Virus record (IMG/VR): IMGVR_UViG_3300031963_000413
Location: 1 to 37,733 of that record
Length of the DNA stretch: 37,733 bases
Strand: one strand, 5' to 3'
From: a virus
Lineage: Duplodnaviria > Caudoviricetes
Shown here piece by piece: positions 1 to 10,273 of this stretch (positions are counted from its first letter, which is position 1; each line of letters begins with the position of its first letter). The translations under genes were made by a program, and so were the position numbers. Under the pieces are notes generated by a model. That model saw nothing but the letters and a program-made list of their open reading frames with translations. It made no database searches and was not told the DNA's origin.

Positions 1-905
1 CTTAATTGAGCATCAATTGATTCAAACGATTGAATCGTATACGATGCGTTGCTCACAGCACCTGTTAAGTTTCTGTTTGTTTTCAAGATGCCATTCACAT
101 CAGAAACAATTAATGTATTTGTGCTTGGGCTCCAAGAATCAACGAATGCTGTTGCATTTGCTGCTCCTAGTGTGATGCCATCATACACCAACTCACCAGT
201 CTGATATACACCAGAACCAGTTGACATAGTCATTGCTCTCTTATTCTCTGTATCAAATACAGAATTAAATGTATTCGCAGTAACTTTTCTGATAATATCG
301 CGAGAAATAATTGGACCGAACATATAACCTTTTGCGGTAAATGTTAGTGTCCAAATTAATACACGAGTTGTGTCTCCGCTTCCTAAATCATCAACTTCGT
401 AAGAAACGTTTTGAAGAATAAATGGCACATCGACTTTTTGGTCTGACAGTCCAATAATATCAATTGTTAAATTATAATCTGGATTAAAATATGGTAAAAT
501 TTGTTCTATAATCTGAGTGCCGTCTTCAGTATTGCGAACATAAATGTTAAGCGCGAATTCAAAATTATATGGCGTTGTTCGTATTGATTTTACTGTCGTA
601 CTTGACTCGGGTGAAAAACTTTCGGCAAATAAATTTCGTTTGCGAAGTGGGTCATATGCAATAGAAGTTAATTCAAAACTCATACGTGGCAATGTAATCT
701 GGACTTCTTTTGTAAGTTCAGGATCTTGCGTTATACGTTGATAAAATTTTTCTTTTTGTGAATATTGCAATGGAACATTAATACGTTCAATTTCTTGCGT
801 TCCCGCTTTGTTATATCGAACTAAACGAATGTTATTAAACAATGTTCCAAACGCAACAACCATTTTGCGCGTAACACGATGATAAAAATGGACGCTAGAT
901 AGCAT
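1..905 (-). CDS. gp15: Tail sheath stabilizer/terminator gp15-like protein (3' end truncated by window edge)
   Basis: Not in the ORF track. Manual translation from ATG at 905-903, overlapping the gp14 stop (TAATG), gives MLSSVHFYHRVTRKMVVAFGTLFNNIRLVR...VPLQYSQKEKF...ITLPRMSFE...PYNFEFALNIYVRNTEDGTQIIEQILPYFNP, typical T4 gp15 motifs. It follows gp13-gp14. Confidence 0.92.
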   Translation of the reverse strand, partial: MLSSVHFYHRVTRKMVVAFGTLFNNIRLVRYNKAGTQEIERINVPLQYSQKEKFYQRITQDPELTKEVQITLPRMSFELTSIAYDPLRKRNLFAESFSPESSTTVKSIRTTPYNFEFALNIYVRNTEDGTQIIEQILPYFNPDYNLTIDIIGLSDQKVDVPFILQNVSYEVDDLGSGDTTRVLIWTLTFTAKGYMFGPIISRDIIRKVTANTFNSVFDTENKRAMTMSTGSGVYQTGELVYDGITLGAANATAFVDSWSPSTNTLIVSDVNGILKTNRNLTGAVSNASYTIQSFESIDAQL

Positions 906-1792
906 TATGGTTCACCGAATGGATTTAGTTCAGTAAAATCAATAATATTGTCTGCTTCTTCTTCAATTCTTTCGTTATCTTCCATCGCTTCATTATTAAC
1001 ATTGCGAAGAACTTCTGGTGCTTGATGCAATACCCATTGAGCATTACTACTGTTGCCTTTAACAGCCGTCCCGCCTGTAAATGCTCCAAATATATTTCGA
1101 ATTTTCAATTTACGAGTAGGAAGATCCCATTTAGCAACAACACCTTTAGCAGTAGCAGTAGCAAGTGAGCTGCCTTGATACACGACTTCATACTTGGTAA
1201 ATGTGCCGCTGCCACCAGCGTTAACATCTAGTTCTAGTGCATAACCCTGAACGTCGCCAATACGATCAATTTCTTCAGTTCCAGTTTGAAGTAATTCGCC
1301 ATTGTATTTGAATGCTTCAATAGTCAATCCGTACATATATGGATTTCTCGAATCGCGACCCAACTGGAAAAAGTTTTTTTCTTCTTCAACAAATTTAATT
1401 TCCATCAATTTAAATTGAACAGGAAGATAAATCAAATCGCCTTCTTTAGGTACGTGCCACCCACTTCCCATCATTCGACTTACTTGGCTTTCGAATCTTC
1501 TTCTGGCAACACAAAGTCTTGCTGTTTCTTGAATTTCTAAACCGAATTTACTAAAAAATTCTTTATTGCCTTCATAATCTTGAAACGACTCAAGGTACAT
1601 TTCAAGTTTAATTGCTCTGCGATACATTTTGACTGGATCATCACCAAATAGTTCGCCGATATATGACTGCGACTCTCTTGGTAAATAGTAAACGTCTATG
1701 CCATGATTACGAATAGACTCGATGATTAGATCTTCGAGTAAATTTTGTTCATGAATGGCTTTTTGATTGTTAAAGTATACGCTAGTTGCCAT
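905..1792 (-). CDS. gp14: Neck protein gp14
   Basis: EQNLLEDLIIESIRNHGIDVYYLPRE, FSKFGLEI, PKEGDLIYLP, FFQLG and terminal DFTELNPFGE motifs; lies between gp13 and gp15. Confidence 0.93.
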   Translation of the reverse strand: MATSVYFNNQKAIHEQNLLEDLIIESIRNHGIDVYYLPRESQSYIGELFGDDPVKMYRRAIKLEMYLESFQDYEGNKEFFSKFGLEIQETARLCVARRRFESQVSRMMGSGWHVPKEGDLIYLPVQFKLMEIKFVEEEKNFFQLGRDSRNPYMYGLTIEAFKYNGELLQTGTEEIDRIGDVQGYALELDVNAGGSGTFTKYEVVYQGSSLATATAKGVVAKWDLPTRKLKIRNIFGAFTGGTAVKGNSSNAQWVLHQAPEVLRNVNNEAMEDNERIEEEADNIIDFTELNPFGEP

Positions 1793-1793
1793 T

Positions 1794-2552
1794 TTATCCT
1801 ACTAGGAATGGTGTTGGTTCTTCGTATGTATCGCGAAGTTTAATTTCAAGTTTTTCAACTTCGACCGAAGCCTCATCATAAATTTGTTGACCATTAATGA
1901 TCAATCCACCAGGAAGAACGTAGTTGCCATATTTCTTTAGGTTTGTTCCCCATTGTTGCTTAAACAATGCGGTTGTGTATTCTTTTAGCCAAAGATCGTT
2001 ATATGTTTTGCTATATGTTTCTTCATCAACGACTCTAAATCCCTCAAATGCCATATAATTGCCAACATTAAATTTACCCCAATCTGTAATGACTGTAAGT
2101 TTATTAACATTTTTATTGTATGTGTATGGCATTTCACCAGTAACAATCATATCCAACATCGCTAAATGTTCGCGCGCAATAACGTAGTATGTGTAAGATG
2201 AAGAAGTAAGGTTGTAAAAGTCGTTCAAGCGCAACTGATAGTTAATGTCAAACATATTAAAACCAGTTGAGGAAGTTGAACCTACTGTAGATCCAGTAAA
2301 AGCAAATACTCTAGAAACACCAGTAATGTTATCGCATAACTTAAGATAACCATTAAGAATATCAGCGTTGGTTAGTTTTTGAGCCAAATATACTCTTTCG
2401 GTGCCATCATAATGATAAATTTTAAAGTGCTGCAAAGCATCGTCGATACGATCGTCTAGTTGGTCGTCGTCGACGTTAATATCAACAACTGGGAAACCGA
2501 GTTTGCGGAGGCAGTAGTCTTTAAGTTGAGTTCGAGTGCTAGGTTGCGCCAT
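1794..2552 (-). CDS. gp13: Neck protein gp13
   Basis: LKDYCLRKLGFPVVDINVDDDQLDDRIDDALQ and WLKEYTTALFKQQWGTNLKKY...LPGG motifs; upstream GAGAGG Shine-Dalgarno. Confidence 0.95.
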   Translation of the reverse strand: MAQPSTRTQLKDYCLRKLGFPVVDINVDDDQLDDRIDDALQHFKIYHYDGTERVYLAQKLTNADILNGYLKLCDNITGVSRVFAFTGSTVGSTSSTGFNMFDINYQLRLNDFYNLTSSSYTYYVIAREHLAMLDMIVTGEMPYTYNKNVNKLTVITDWGKFNVGNYMAFEGFRVVDEETYSKTYNDLWLKEYTTALFKQQWGTNLKKYGNYVLPGGLIINGQQIYDEASVEVEKLEIKLRDTYEEPTPFLVG

Positions 2553-2575
2553 TTAGAACCTCTCTAATTATTGTA

Positions 2576-2583
2576 TATTTAGT
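2576..2583 (-). promoter_or_regulatory. Putative T4-type late promoter (ACTAAATA) upstream of gp13
   Basis: Variant of TATAAATA about 24 nt upstream of the gp13 start; the TAAATA core recurs at similar spacing before five other genes. Confidence 0.6.
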
Positions 2584-3329
2584 TACTCTACCAGTTGACC
2601 ATTTCTGGAATCATAAACCCTATTAGGGTCCATGTGCGCAAATTGCTCCCAGTTTGGTTCTCCAGGCTCTATCCTTTTACCCACAGTTTCTTCTCCAATG
2701 TGGTGAATTAGATTCTCGCCGTTGGGACCTTTAAGGGTTGCAGCATACATTTGATGAAAGAAATTTAAATACACCATCACCATACCCTCATTAACGTTGA
2801 ATTTCCAGTACTCTCTGAAGGAGTATTCGAGTATGGATTTACGGTACAGGGAAAAAATAATGGGAAATGTTTTGACGTTTTTAGAGTACCAGTAGTTGCC
2901 GAACGGTATATCACCTTCTTCAATTTTCGTTTCTTGTTCGTGGAAATACCATGGCTGGCGTTGCAATACAACAGAAGCCATTTTACAATCTGATTCTAGG
3001 CAATTGATCATATCATCAATTCGTATTCTGCGGTTTAAAAGCACATCGTCTTCTTGATGTAAGATATAGTCGTAATCTTGCTCCTTGAGCCAGTCAAAAA
3101 ACGCACTCCAATTTACAGAAAGACCTAAATTGGTCTCATTGAATGTAACATTAAACCCATAAACCTTAGAAACTAAATCAAATATGGCAGGATTACGGTT
3201 TCTTGGATAATCGTCTATGATTAATTTGTCAACTGTATGGTCACCATAATCCAACTTGTTCAAGGATTCTAGCGTCGGAATCAAATACTTGATCCGATTA
3301 GTTGAGAACATTACATGAAGAATCTTCAT
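2583..3329 (-). CDS. Glycosyltransferase, GT-A fold (GT2-like)
   Basis: N-terminal beta strand followed by STNR, then LIIDD, NLGLS and an acidic YILHQEDDV (DxD-like) motif. Confidence 0.72.
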   Translation of the reverse strand: MKILHVMFSTNRIKYLIPTLESLNKLDYGDHTVDKLIIDDYPRNRNPAIFDLVSKVYGFNVTFNETNLGLSVNWSAFFDWLKEQDYDYILHQEDDVLLNRRIRIDDMINCLESDCKMASVVLQRQPWYFHEQETKIEEGDIPFGNYWYSKNVKTFPIIFSLYRKSILEYSFREYWKFNVNEGMVMVYLNFFHQMYAATLKGPNGENLIHHIGEETVGKRIEPGEPNWEQFAHMDPNRVYDSRNGQLVE

Positions 3330-3886
3330 TAGTATTCGGTATTAAAGAAAAAGGTTTGGAACAATCTACCGTTTTTTGAATTACTTCCGAAATAGTCCAG
3401 GGAAGCGTGATAAAGATTGCCTCTGTACATCACAATACGATTGTATTTGTTAGCAACATAATCAGTTTGTTCCCATTTAGTATAATCATATCCATCATAT
3501 TGCGGGCTATTATTATCTTGGCGTTCGTATTCTTTTGTTTCTTTATAGCGATACAACGCAGTTCCTGAAGATAATGGCGCATCTGGGGTTAGATAACAAA
3601 CTGCCGCCCAAGTATTAAAACTGTCAGCATGAATCCAAGTGCGATCTTTCGCAGTACAAATTTGAAATGCGCCAGTATATCCAGAGTCTTCGAACCAATG
3701 AGTAATCTTACCACCAGCATTCTGAATAATCCATTGCATGGATGCTTTTAAATCATCAGGAAGCCATGGTTTTGTTCTGAGACCAGGGTAATTGCCTGAA
3801 ACTTCAAATGGCTGTGAAAGCGCAAATGCTCGAACGTCATCAGGATTTTGATAAAAATCGTCAGTAATAATCAATGATGTTTTCAT
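3329..3886 (-). CDS. 2OG-Fe(II) oxygenase-like protein (DUF6445-like)
   Basis: DDFYQNPD..R, YPGLRT, WIHAD (HxD), LYHAS (distal His) and GRLFQTFF (Arg) fit the facial-triad pattern. Confidence 0.75.
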   Translation of the reverse strand: MKTSLIITDDFYQNPDDVRAFALSQPFEVSGNYPGLRTKPWLPDDLKASMQWIIQNAGGKITHWFEDSGYTGAFQICTAKDRTWIHADSFNTWAAVCYLTPDAPLSSGTALYRYKETKEYERQDNNSPQYDGYDYTKWEQTDYVANKYNRIVMYRGNLYHASLDYFGSNSKNGRLFQTFFFNTEY

Positions 3887-3893
3887 ACTTTAC

Positions 3894-4646
3894 CTAATAA
3901 TACATAAATCGACCAGATGTCCCATCCCAACCAGATACAATCCAGTCGGTTTCAATCACATCGGCTTCAAACGGTCTTGTAAAATAATATGACAATGTTT
4001 CTATGTCATAATGCGACATCTTAGAATTATTTAGAAGATTGACAGTGGCTTCATTAATATCAATAAACTTATCCAACTGAGAACTGCCAAACCCATATAA
4101 CACAGTACAATACTGATGCAATCGGTTATTATTTTGACAATTTCTACGATCTACAAATTGATATTTCCAACTGTCATTCCATTCAAAATTTAATGGGCGC
4201 TTGAAAAATATTTTATTTTTATTTTTCTCTGTGAATAGAGAATTGTTTAAATTGAAATAAAAATACCGACCAGTTGCCTTTAAGATATAATCATATTGTT
4301 GTAATTGTTTTTTGTTATGTTTAAGATATGTGTTGAGTAGCAAAGACTCGCAAAGACTTTTGTTTGGGTGAGAGTTAACTATCTCATGGGCTTCCACTGA
4401 TAATTGTTTTAGTTGGACAAATTCTACATTCCTAAGATGACTCAAGGTTATGATATACTCATAAACATCTTCGGACGAATCTACAATTACAATTTTTGTA
4501 TTTGGTAAACTATTTTGTAAAGAATTAACTGTAAATATAGTTTGCCTTAATCTTTCTTCTGCGTCAAATTTAGATCGTGTTGGGCTGTAAGTAAAAGTTC
4601 CTGGTCTTGGGCTGATTGACGATCCAACAACTACAAGGTTATTCAT
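3894..4646 (-). CDS. Hypothetical protein, probable glycosyltransferase-like
   Basis: IVIVDSS and YDYILKATGRY motifs resemble nucleotide-sugar transferase-like proteins; translationally coupled within the GT cluster. Confidence 0.45.
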   Translation of the reverse strand: MNNLVVVGSSISPRPGTFTYSPTRSKFDAEERLRQTIFTVNSLQNSLPNTKIVIVDSSEDVYEYIITLSHLRNVEFVQLKQLSVEAHEIVNSHPNKSLCESLLLNTYLKHNKKQLQQYDYILKATGRYFYFNLNNSLFTEKNKNKIFFKRPLNFEWNDSWKYQFVDRRNCQNNNRLHQYCTVLYGFGSSQLDKFIDINEATVNLLNNSKMSHYDIETLSYYFTRPFEADVIETDWIVSGWDGTSGRFMYY

Positions 4647-5634
4647 AAAATTGATTCTTGATTACTTTATCTAAATACTGCTTATGCTTTAAATGCACCA
4701 TTTCATCAGAAAAATTTAATCCCCATCCACGACAATCAGATGATTCAATTTTGTCTATTGAATTCATAGCAGTTAATAATGATTTAAAATCTCTAACTCT
4801 GTATCCTGTTTTGCCTTCCACCACAGTTTCAGTAAATCCGCCCCAATCAGTTGTGATTGATGGTGTGCCAGATAGATTTGCTTCGATGACCATGTTACCG
4901 AATGGCTCAACATAATGCGTTAATCCGATTAAACACTTTGCTTTACGCATCAACTGTTTTCGTTGTTCAGCATCAGCAATGCCAAACATCGTAACATGAT
5001 CTGGAGTTTTGTTGTATCCTAAACTCTGCAACGATCCAGGACCAGCAATAATAAGTTTTTTGCCTAGCCTTTCTGTTGCTTGAATTGCAAGATGAACACC
5101 CTTTTCTTCAACGACTCTACCAAAATACAAAAAATAATCATCTTTAAAATCACAATATTCAAACTCACTAACTGTAAATGGATTTGGAATTACTGCATCG
5201 AACCAAGAAGGATTCATGAGCATCCCACGCTCACCATAAAAGAAATGCATGTTAGCATAAGAAGTAAACACGCGATATGGCGCAAATATTCCATTGGCTC
5301 TATATCCAATAGATGGTTCAACTGGTTTGCAATTTGGATTCATTTCGCAAGCAAGTTGATTATCAACTCCAAAAAAACAAGCAATTATATCTCCATCGCT
5401 TGCTCTTTTACGAATTTCTTCACCAGCAATTTCATTGAAACGTTTTATTTCTGTTGGTGTTGTTGGAATATCAACATGTTCACACTCAACCTGTGCGCCA
5501 GGAATTCCATAGTGAATCATATGGAAATGCTGAGAAAGATGCTGGATATATTTGTATGTGTGAACAGCAAAAGGATCAACGCGATTTGTTAATCCTGTAG
5601 GTGTGCGAGGATTCCCCAATACATGAACTTTCAT
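4639..5634 (-). CDS. Glycosyltransferase family 4 (GT-B, Glycos_transf_1)
   Basis: YFLYFGRVVEEKGVHLAI and the EPFGNMVIEANLSGTP (E-x7-E) signature, then TTDWGGFTETV. Confidence 0.9.
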   Translation of the reverse strand: MKVHVLGNPRTPTGLTNRVDPFAVHTYKYIQHLSQHFHMIHYGIPGAQVECEHVDIPTTPTEIKRFNEIAGEEIRKRASDGDIIACFFGVDNQLACEMNPNCKPVEPSIGYRANGIFAPYRVFTSYANMHFFYGERGMLMNPSWFDAVIPNPFTVSEFEYCDFKDDYFLYFGRVVEEKGVHLAIQATERLGKKLIIAGPGSLQSLGYNKTPDHVTMFGIADAEQRKQLMRKAKCLIGLTHYVEPFGNMVIEANLSGTPSITTDWGGFTETVVEGKTGYRVRDFKSLLTAMNSIDKIESSDCRGWGLNFSDEMVHLKHKQYLDKVIKNQFYE

Positions 5635-5660
5635 AACAAACTCAAATTACCAATATAAAA

Positions 5661-8600
5661 TTATTTAGCATCCTTCATTGTCAAGGTTCCCCAGTACGTT
5701 GATCCACCATCATAGGTGATAAACGTCCACAAGTCACGTGCATTTGATGCTACTGTAGCAGGCGGTATAGCACCACCAGCCCAATAAACAGTGTTAGCAA
5801 ATGTTGGGTATCTTCCACCAGTTCCATCTTGCAATAATAGTAACGTAAACAATTGACCTGTTCCTGATGAAGGAGCATTGGTAAATGTAAATGCTACGTT
5901 TGCAGTCATAACATGACGGAAATAATTTGAGTCTGTAAGATTTACAGTATTTGCGCCATTCGTATTAGTATTAGCAACAATAAAATCTTTGACTGCTTTT
6001 AGTGTTGCGCCTTCGTTTGGTCCTGTTGGACCTTGTGGTCCCTGTGGTCCCTGCGGTCCTTGAGGACCAACAACACCCTGCGGACCTTGAGGACCTGTAA
6101 CACCCTGCGGACCTTGTGGACCAGTGTCACCTTTATCACCAGTGCGCACAAATGTCATCGTTACATTTGCGCCATTAGGGAATGATGTTACACCAGTTGT
6201 GTGGTCAACAGGAATAAAGAAGTAATCTGCAACATGATCATGCAGACCAGTTATATTAAAGAATGCAAAATTTAAAACGTTTGCGGTATTCGCAATTTTA
6301 AATGTTCCTTTAATACTTGATGTAGAATCGTCAATCGTTTGCAAATAATTAAACACATTTGCGCCGTTGTCGTCAATAAAATCAAGTATCATCGTATTTG
6401 CTGTTGAGAAATCAGCACTGTCAAATTTAACGTTTGCGGCACCTGGATCAGTGTTTGCAGTATTTGTTAAGTACACAAACTCAAAGGTTGCGCCACCGAA
6501 TTCACCAGTATCACCCTTCAATCCTTGTGGACCCTGTGGACCCTGTGGACCTGTGTTTCCTTGTGGACCCTGTGGTCCAGTTGAACCATTAGAACCTGCT
6601 GGACCTTGTGGTCCTTGAGGTCCAGTCACTGAGTCACCAGTTGATCCGATAGGACCTTGTGGACCCTGTGGACCCTGTGGTCCTTGTGGACCAACAGGAC
6701 CAACATCACTGATGTTGATTGTTCCAGCCATTGACGAGTGGAACTGGCAAACATAATACAACACGCTTGGTGCATCATATGGAACAGCAAATGTAATTGT
6801 ACCAACAGCAACACCACCATTTGTTATTCCATTGGTGTATATGTTTCCAGAACTATATGCCCCAGAAACTGTTTGAATCCAAAATGGATGACCAGAAGCA
6901 TTAACACTAAATGTATAGGTAAATCCACGCAACAGATTCAATGTCGGATTATTTGAACCATCAATTACATAAGCACTTGCGCCGCTGTTTGTGACTGTAT
7001 AATTTCTTGCGCCAGTAGCACCCTGTGGACCCTGCGGTCCTGTTGATCCTTGCGAACCTTGTGGACCCTGAGGACCCTGAGGACCAGCAACAGTTGATGC
7101 ATCACCCTGTGGACCTTGTGGACCTTGTGGTCCAGCATTACCAGTTAATCCTTGTGGACCCTGAGGACCCTGAGGACCCTGCGGACCTGTTGAACCTTGT
7201 GCGCCTTGAGGACCCTGAGGACCTGTTGATCCAGCAGCGCCTTGTGAACCCTGAGGACCTTGTGGACCTTGCGGTCCAGCATCACCTGTTAATCCTTGAA
7301 TACCTTGAGAACCTTGTGGACCTTGCGGACCTGTCACGGAGTTTCCTTGCGGACCTTGAGGACCCTGAGGACCAGCAACAGTTGACGCATCACCCTGTGG
7401 ACCTTGTGGACCTTGTGGACCCTGAGGACCAGTATTACCTGTTAATCCTTGAATACCTTGTGCGCCTTGCGGACCTTGTGGACCTTGAGGACCTTGAGGA
7501 CCAGGAACAGTTGATGCATCACCTTGCGCGCCTTGAGGACCTTGTGGACCCTGCGGACCTTGTGGACCAACAACACCTTGTGGACCTTGAGGACCTGTAT
7601 TTCCAGCAGGACCTTGAGGACCTTGTGGACCTGGGTCACCAGTGCTGCCTTGAGCACCCTGCGGACCTTGTGGACCAAGTGGACCCTGCGGACCTGCTAC
7701 ACCCTGCGGACCTTGTGGACCCTGAGGACCAACATCGCCTTGCGGACCTTGCGGACCTTGTGGACCTATCGCTCCTTGAGGACCCTGCGGACCCTGTGGA
7801 CCAGTTGTTCCTTGAGGACCCTGCGGACCTTGAGGACCAACGATAGGACCAGCGTCAATCCAAGATGAAGTTCCAGAACTCCACACATACAAATGACCAT
7901 CAGCGGTAACAATATATGCATCGCCATCCGATGCACCGCCAGGAAGATTTCCCACAGTTAATACTGTGCCAAGAACTGTGATGCCAGTTCCTGTTGCTCC
8001 AGATGGACCAGATGGACCAGCAACACCCTGTGGACCTTGAGGACCTTGCGGACCTGCTAATGATGGACCTGTTGGACCTAAAGCACCTTGCGGACCTTGA
8101 GGACCTTGTGGACCTAGATCGCCCTGATTACCTTGCGCGCCAATTAATCCTTGTGGACCCTGTGGACCCTGTGGACCCTGTGGACCTGCTACGCCCTGCG
8201 GACCTTGTGCTCCAGTAACGCCTTGTGGACCTTGAGGACCTTGCGGACCAGTTTCGCCTTGATCGCCTTTCGGACCCTGAGGACCAATACTTCCTTGAGG
8301 ACCTTGTGGACCTTGCGGACCTGTAACAGAATTTCCTTGTGGACCTTGTGGACCCTGTGGTCCAGGAACAGTTGATGCATCACCTTGTGCGCCTTGAGGA
8401 CCTTGCGGACCAAGTGGACCTTGAGGACCAACAGCACCTTGTGGACCTTGAGCACCAGTTGAACCTTGCGCGCCTTGAGGACCTTGCGGACCAAGTGGAC
8501 CTTGAGGACCAACAGCACCCTGAGGACCTTGTGGACCAGCATTACCTTGCGCACCTTGTGGACCTTGAGGACCAGTTGAACCTTGTGGACCCTGCGGACC

Positions 8601-8918
8601 TGCTAATCCTTGAATGCCTTGTGATCCAGTTACACCTTGAGGACCTTGAGGACCAGTTGAACCTTGTGGACCCTGCGGACCAGTAACTGATGCGCCTTGC
8701 GGACCAGAAGGACCTTGAGGACCAGCGACAGTTGAATTAGCACCACTTGGACCACTAGGACCTTGAGGACCTAATACGCCTTGCGGACCAGAAGGACCTT
8801 GCGGACCTTGAGGACCTGTCGCGCCACTGGGACCTTGAGGACCTGTAGAACCATCTGGACCCTGAGGACCTTGTGGACCTTGTGGTCCTGCAGCGTATGT
8901 AATGCCAATTGTCGTCAT
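5661..8918 (-). CDS. Collagen-like (GPQ)n fibre protein with inserted globular domains and C-terminal fibre domain
   Basis: Long G-X-Y runs dominated by GPQ; three globular inserts including a cupredoxin-like domain; C-terminal ~115 aa homologous to the C-terminus of 16279..17832. Confidence 0.9.
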   Translation of the reverse strand: MTTIGITYAAGPQGPQGPQGPDGSTGPQGPSGATGPQGPQGPSGPQGVLGPQGPSGPSGANSTVAGPQGPSGPQGASVTGPQGPQGSTGPQGPQGVTGSQGIQGLAGPQGPQGSTGPQGPQGAQGNAGPQGPQGAVGPQGPLGPQGPQGAQGSTGAQGPQGAVGPQGPLGPQGPQGAQGDASTVPGPQGPQGPQGNSVTGPQGPQGPQGSIGPQGPKGDQGETGPQGPQGPQGVTGAQGPQGVAGPQGPQGPQGPQGLIGAQGNQGDLGPQGPQGPQGALGPTGPSLAGPQGPQGPQGVAGPSGPSGATGTGITVLGTVLTVGNLPGGASDGDAYIVTADGHLYVWSSGTSSWIDAGPIVGPQGPQGPQGTTGPQGPQGPQGAIGPQGPQGPQGDVGPQGPQGPQGVAGPQGPLGPQGPQGAQGSTGDPGPQGPQGPAGNTGPQGPQGVVGPQGPQGPQGPQGAQGDASTVPGPQGPQGPQGPQGAQGIQGLTGNTGPQGPQGPQGPQGDASTVAGPQGPQGPQGNSVTGPQGPQGSQGIQGLTGDAGPQGPQGPQGSQGAAGSTGPQGPQGAQGSTGPQGPQGPQGPQGLTGNAGPQGPQGPQGDASTVAGPQGPQGPQGSQGSTGPQGPQGATGARNYTVTNSGASAYVIDGSNNPTLNLLRGFTYTFSVNASGHPFWIQTVSGAYSSGNIYTNGITNGGVAVGTITFAVPYDAPSVLYYVCQFHSSMAGTINISDVGPVGPQGPQGPQGPQGPIGSTGDSVTGPQGPQGPAGSNGSTGPQGPQGNTGPQGPQGPQGLKGDTGEFGGATFEFVYLTNTANTDPGAANVKFDSADFSTANTMILDFIDDNGANVFNYLQTIDDSTSSIKGTFKIANTANVLNFAFFNITGLHDHVADYFFIPVDHTTGVTSFPNGANVTMTFVRTGDKGDTGPQGPQGVTGPQGPQGVVGPQGPQGPQGPQGPTGPNEGATLKAVKDFIVANTNTNGANTVNLTDSNYFRHVMTANVAFTFTNAPSSGTGQLFTLLLLQDGTGGRYPTFANTVYWAGGAIPPATVASNARDLWTFITYDGGSTYWGTLTMKDAK
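5662..5669 (-). promoter_or_regulatory. Putative late promoter (GCTAAATA) upstream of the GT4 cluster
   Basis: TAAATA core about 28 nt upstream of the GT4 start, overlapping the end of the collagen gene. Confidence 0.5.
7021..8889 (-). repeat. Degenerate 9-bp tandem repeat encoding Gly-Pro-Gln triplets (main collagen block)
   Basis: Plus-strand units ggaccttgt/ggaccctga/ggaccttgc, interrupted once by a globular insert (~7845-7995). Shorter blocks lie at ~6510-6700 and ~6020-6140. Confidence 0.95.
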
Positions 8919-9250
8919 TTCGTTACCTGTGGATTAACTGTTATAATACCTTCGAACATTCTTGTTGTTGCATTCGAAGTATCAATTTGTTTAATATCAA
9001 ACACATAACGACCTGCTTTGATATTTGCAGTCGATGCGGAATTGAGAGAAAATCGCACATTACCATTCGCAGCATTTACTACTGAAACAGTTAAATTTGC
9101 GGTTGCGCTGGTAGAATAGAATGATTTGCGCATAGATGATGAAAAGGTGTATCCTGCAACGTTGATTACGCTGCCATCATCTCTTCGGACTACGATATCG
9201 AGATTAAAATCTGTGCCCTGATCGAGGTCTACTTCTACAAATTGCGCCAT
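8915..9250 (-). CDS. Small virion structural/adaptor protein (BppU-N/Ig-like beta sandwich)
   Basis: DQGTDF...KAGRYVFDI...[15 protein letters not shown] pattern seen in T4-like phage structural proteins; 4-bp ATGA overlap with the collagen gene. Confidence 0.6.
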   Translation of the reverse strand: MAQFVEVDLDQGTDFNLDIVVRRDDGSVINVAGYTFSSSMRKSFYSTSATANLTVSVVNAANGNVRFSLNSASTANIKAGRYVFDIKQIDTSNATTRMFEGIITVNPQVTK

Positions 9251-9275
9251 TTAGGAATTCCTGAATTTATATGGG

Positions 9276-9283
9276 TATTTATT
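9276..9283 (-). promoter_or_regulatory. Putative late promoter (AATAAATA)
   Basis: One mismatch to TATAAATA; intergenic, about 26 nt upstream of the 9250 start. Confidence 0.6.
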
Positions 9284-9313
9284 AATATTGGAATCCTTCG
9301 ATTCAGTCACAAA

Positions 9314-10273
9314 CTAGGTTCTGTCAGGCACCTCCCAATCCACCACAACTCCTGGGTTTGGTGTGATTGCTCTGGAGATAGCGCGGTTTTCTAATTTTCT
9401 ATTTATATAATCAACCCCTGTAATCTTGCGATAATGTTCAAGTTGATCTTCAGATAAAGAGTAAATGTAATCAATAATCTCTTTCTTAGAACGATTATGA
9501 TTCATTTCCAGTTTTTGCGGATCTGCAACTGGGTTGATAGTTTGTTTGGTATCATGGCTGCCAGAACGGACGTAATGATACACGCGGATTCTTCTTTGGT
9601 GGTAAATATGGTATCCAGCCAAAATCGTGCTAATAACGAATATTTGCTCTTCGCCTTCAAAGAAGATTTTGGTATTATATCCCACATCTTTAATCCAACT
9701 TACTGGCATAAAGAAGTTGCCAGCGCAAATATGAATAGATGGAGTTACATGCTCAGTTGCAGAAACCCAAGGACCATGAGCGTGGAGACGGAGATCTTTA
9801 TCGAATTGAAAATATCCTAACTTAACAGTGATGTCATCTGTTAGGGTGTGTTTAATAATTCTGTTTTCTTCAAGATCAAAGTTTTTTGTGCCAGCAGTTA
9901 AAACAACTTTATCTGTATTGGCGATTTTTCGAGCATCATTGTAATCTAGAATTAACTGGTGATCCCAATCTTTGTCGAACAACATATGAGAATCAATTTG
10001 ATATTGAAACTCTTCGTCGTAGATTTGCATTGAATTGATACTTCGCGCCCAGACTACTCCGTCAGAGAACTCAGGATCAATGCGTTTATATCTAATTCTA
10101 GGATGTTTAACTAGATCAGGGTTTGTAGTTTGTAAACTGTTCTCAAGTTTAGTTTGCTCAAACACACCATATGTGATTTGGTTTCTACCTGATTCAGTAT
10201 CAAGTAGACTCTGTATAGTTGGTGCTAATAACTTGTCTCTATAAGAACATATGTTTACAAATATTTTAGCCAT
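9314..10273 (-). CDS. GT60-like polypeptide/hydroxyproline GlcNAc transferase (Skp1 Gnt1-like, Pfam 'GlcNAc')
   Basis: IFVNICSYRD, GVFEQ, GVVWARS, QIDSHMLFDKDWD and FFEGEE motifs match the I-F-x-x-I-x-SYRD / DSH / F.GEE signatures of this family. Confidence 0.8.
   Translation of the reverse strand: MAKIFVNICSYRDKLLAPTIQSLLDTESGRNQITYGVFEQTKLENSLQTTNPDLVKHPRIRYKRIDPEFSDGVVWARSINSMQIYDEEFQYQIDSHMLFDKDWDHQLILDYNDARKIANTDKVVLTAGTKNFDLEENRIIKHTLTDDITVKLGYFQFDKDLRLHAHGPWVSATEHVTPSIHICAGNFFMPVSWIKDVGYNTKIFFEGEEQIFVISTILAGYHIYHQRRIRVYHYVRSGSHDTKQTINPVADPQKLEMNHNRSKKEIIDYIYSLSEDQLEHYRKITGVDYINRKLENRAISRAITPNPGVVVDWEVPDRT

Noticed and set aside
544-741. Plus-strand 65-aa ORF
   Set aside because: Antisense to the well-supported gp15 gene.
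2583-5634. Glycosyltransferases as DNA-modifying (glucosyl-hmC) enzymes
   Set aside because: Their location among late structural genes and lack of recognisable agt/bgt features make this less likely, though it is not excluded.
7025-8686. Long plus-strand and alternative-frame ORFs (LVDLEDQ..., LRTLWT..., HKVLKV...)
   Set aside because: Shadow frames produced by the 9-bp GPQ repeat; no independent coding evidence.
9252-9263. Palindrome AGGAATTCCT just upstream of the 9250 start
   Set aside because: Short single copy with no loop or U-tract; insufficient evidence for an operator or terminator.
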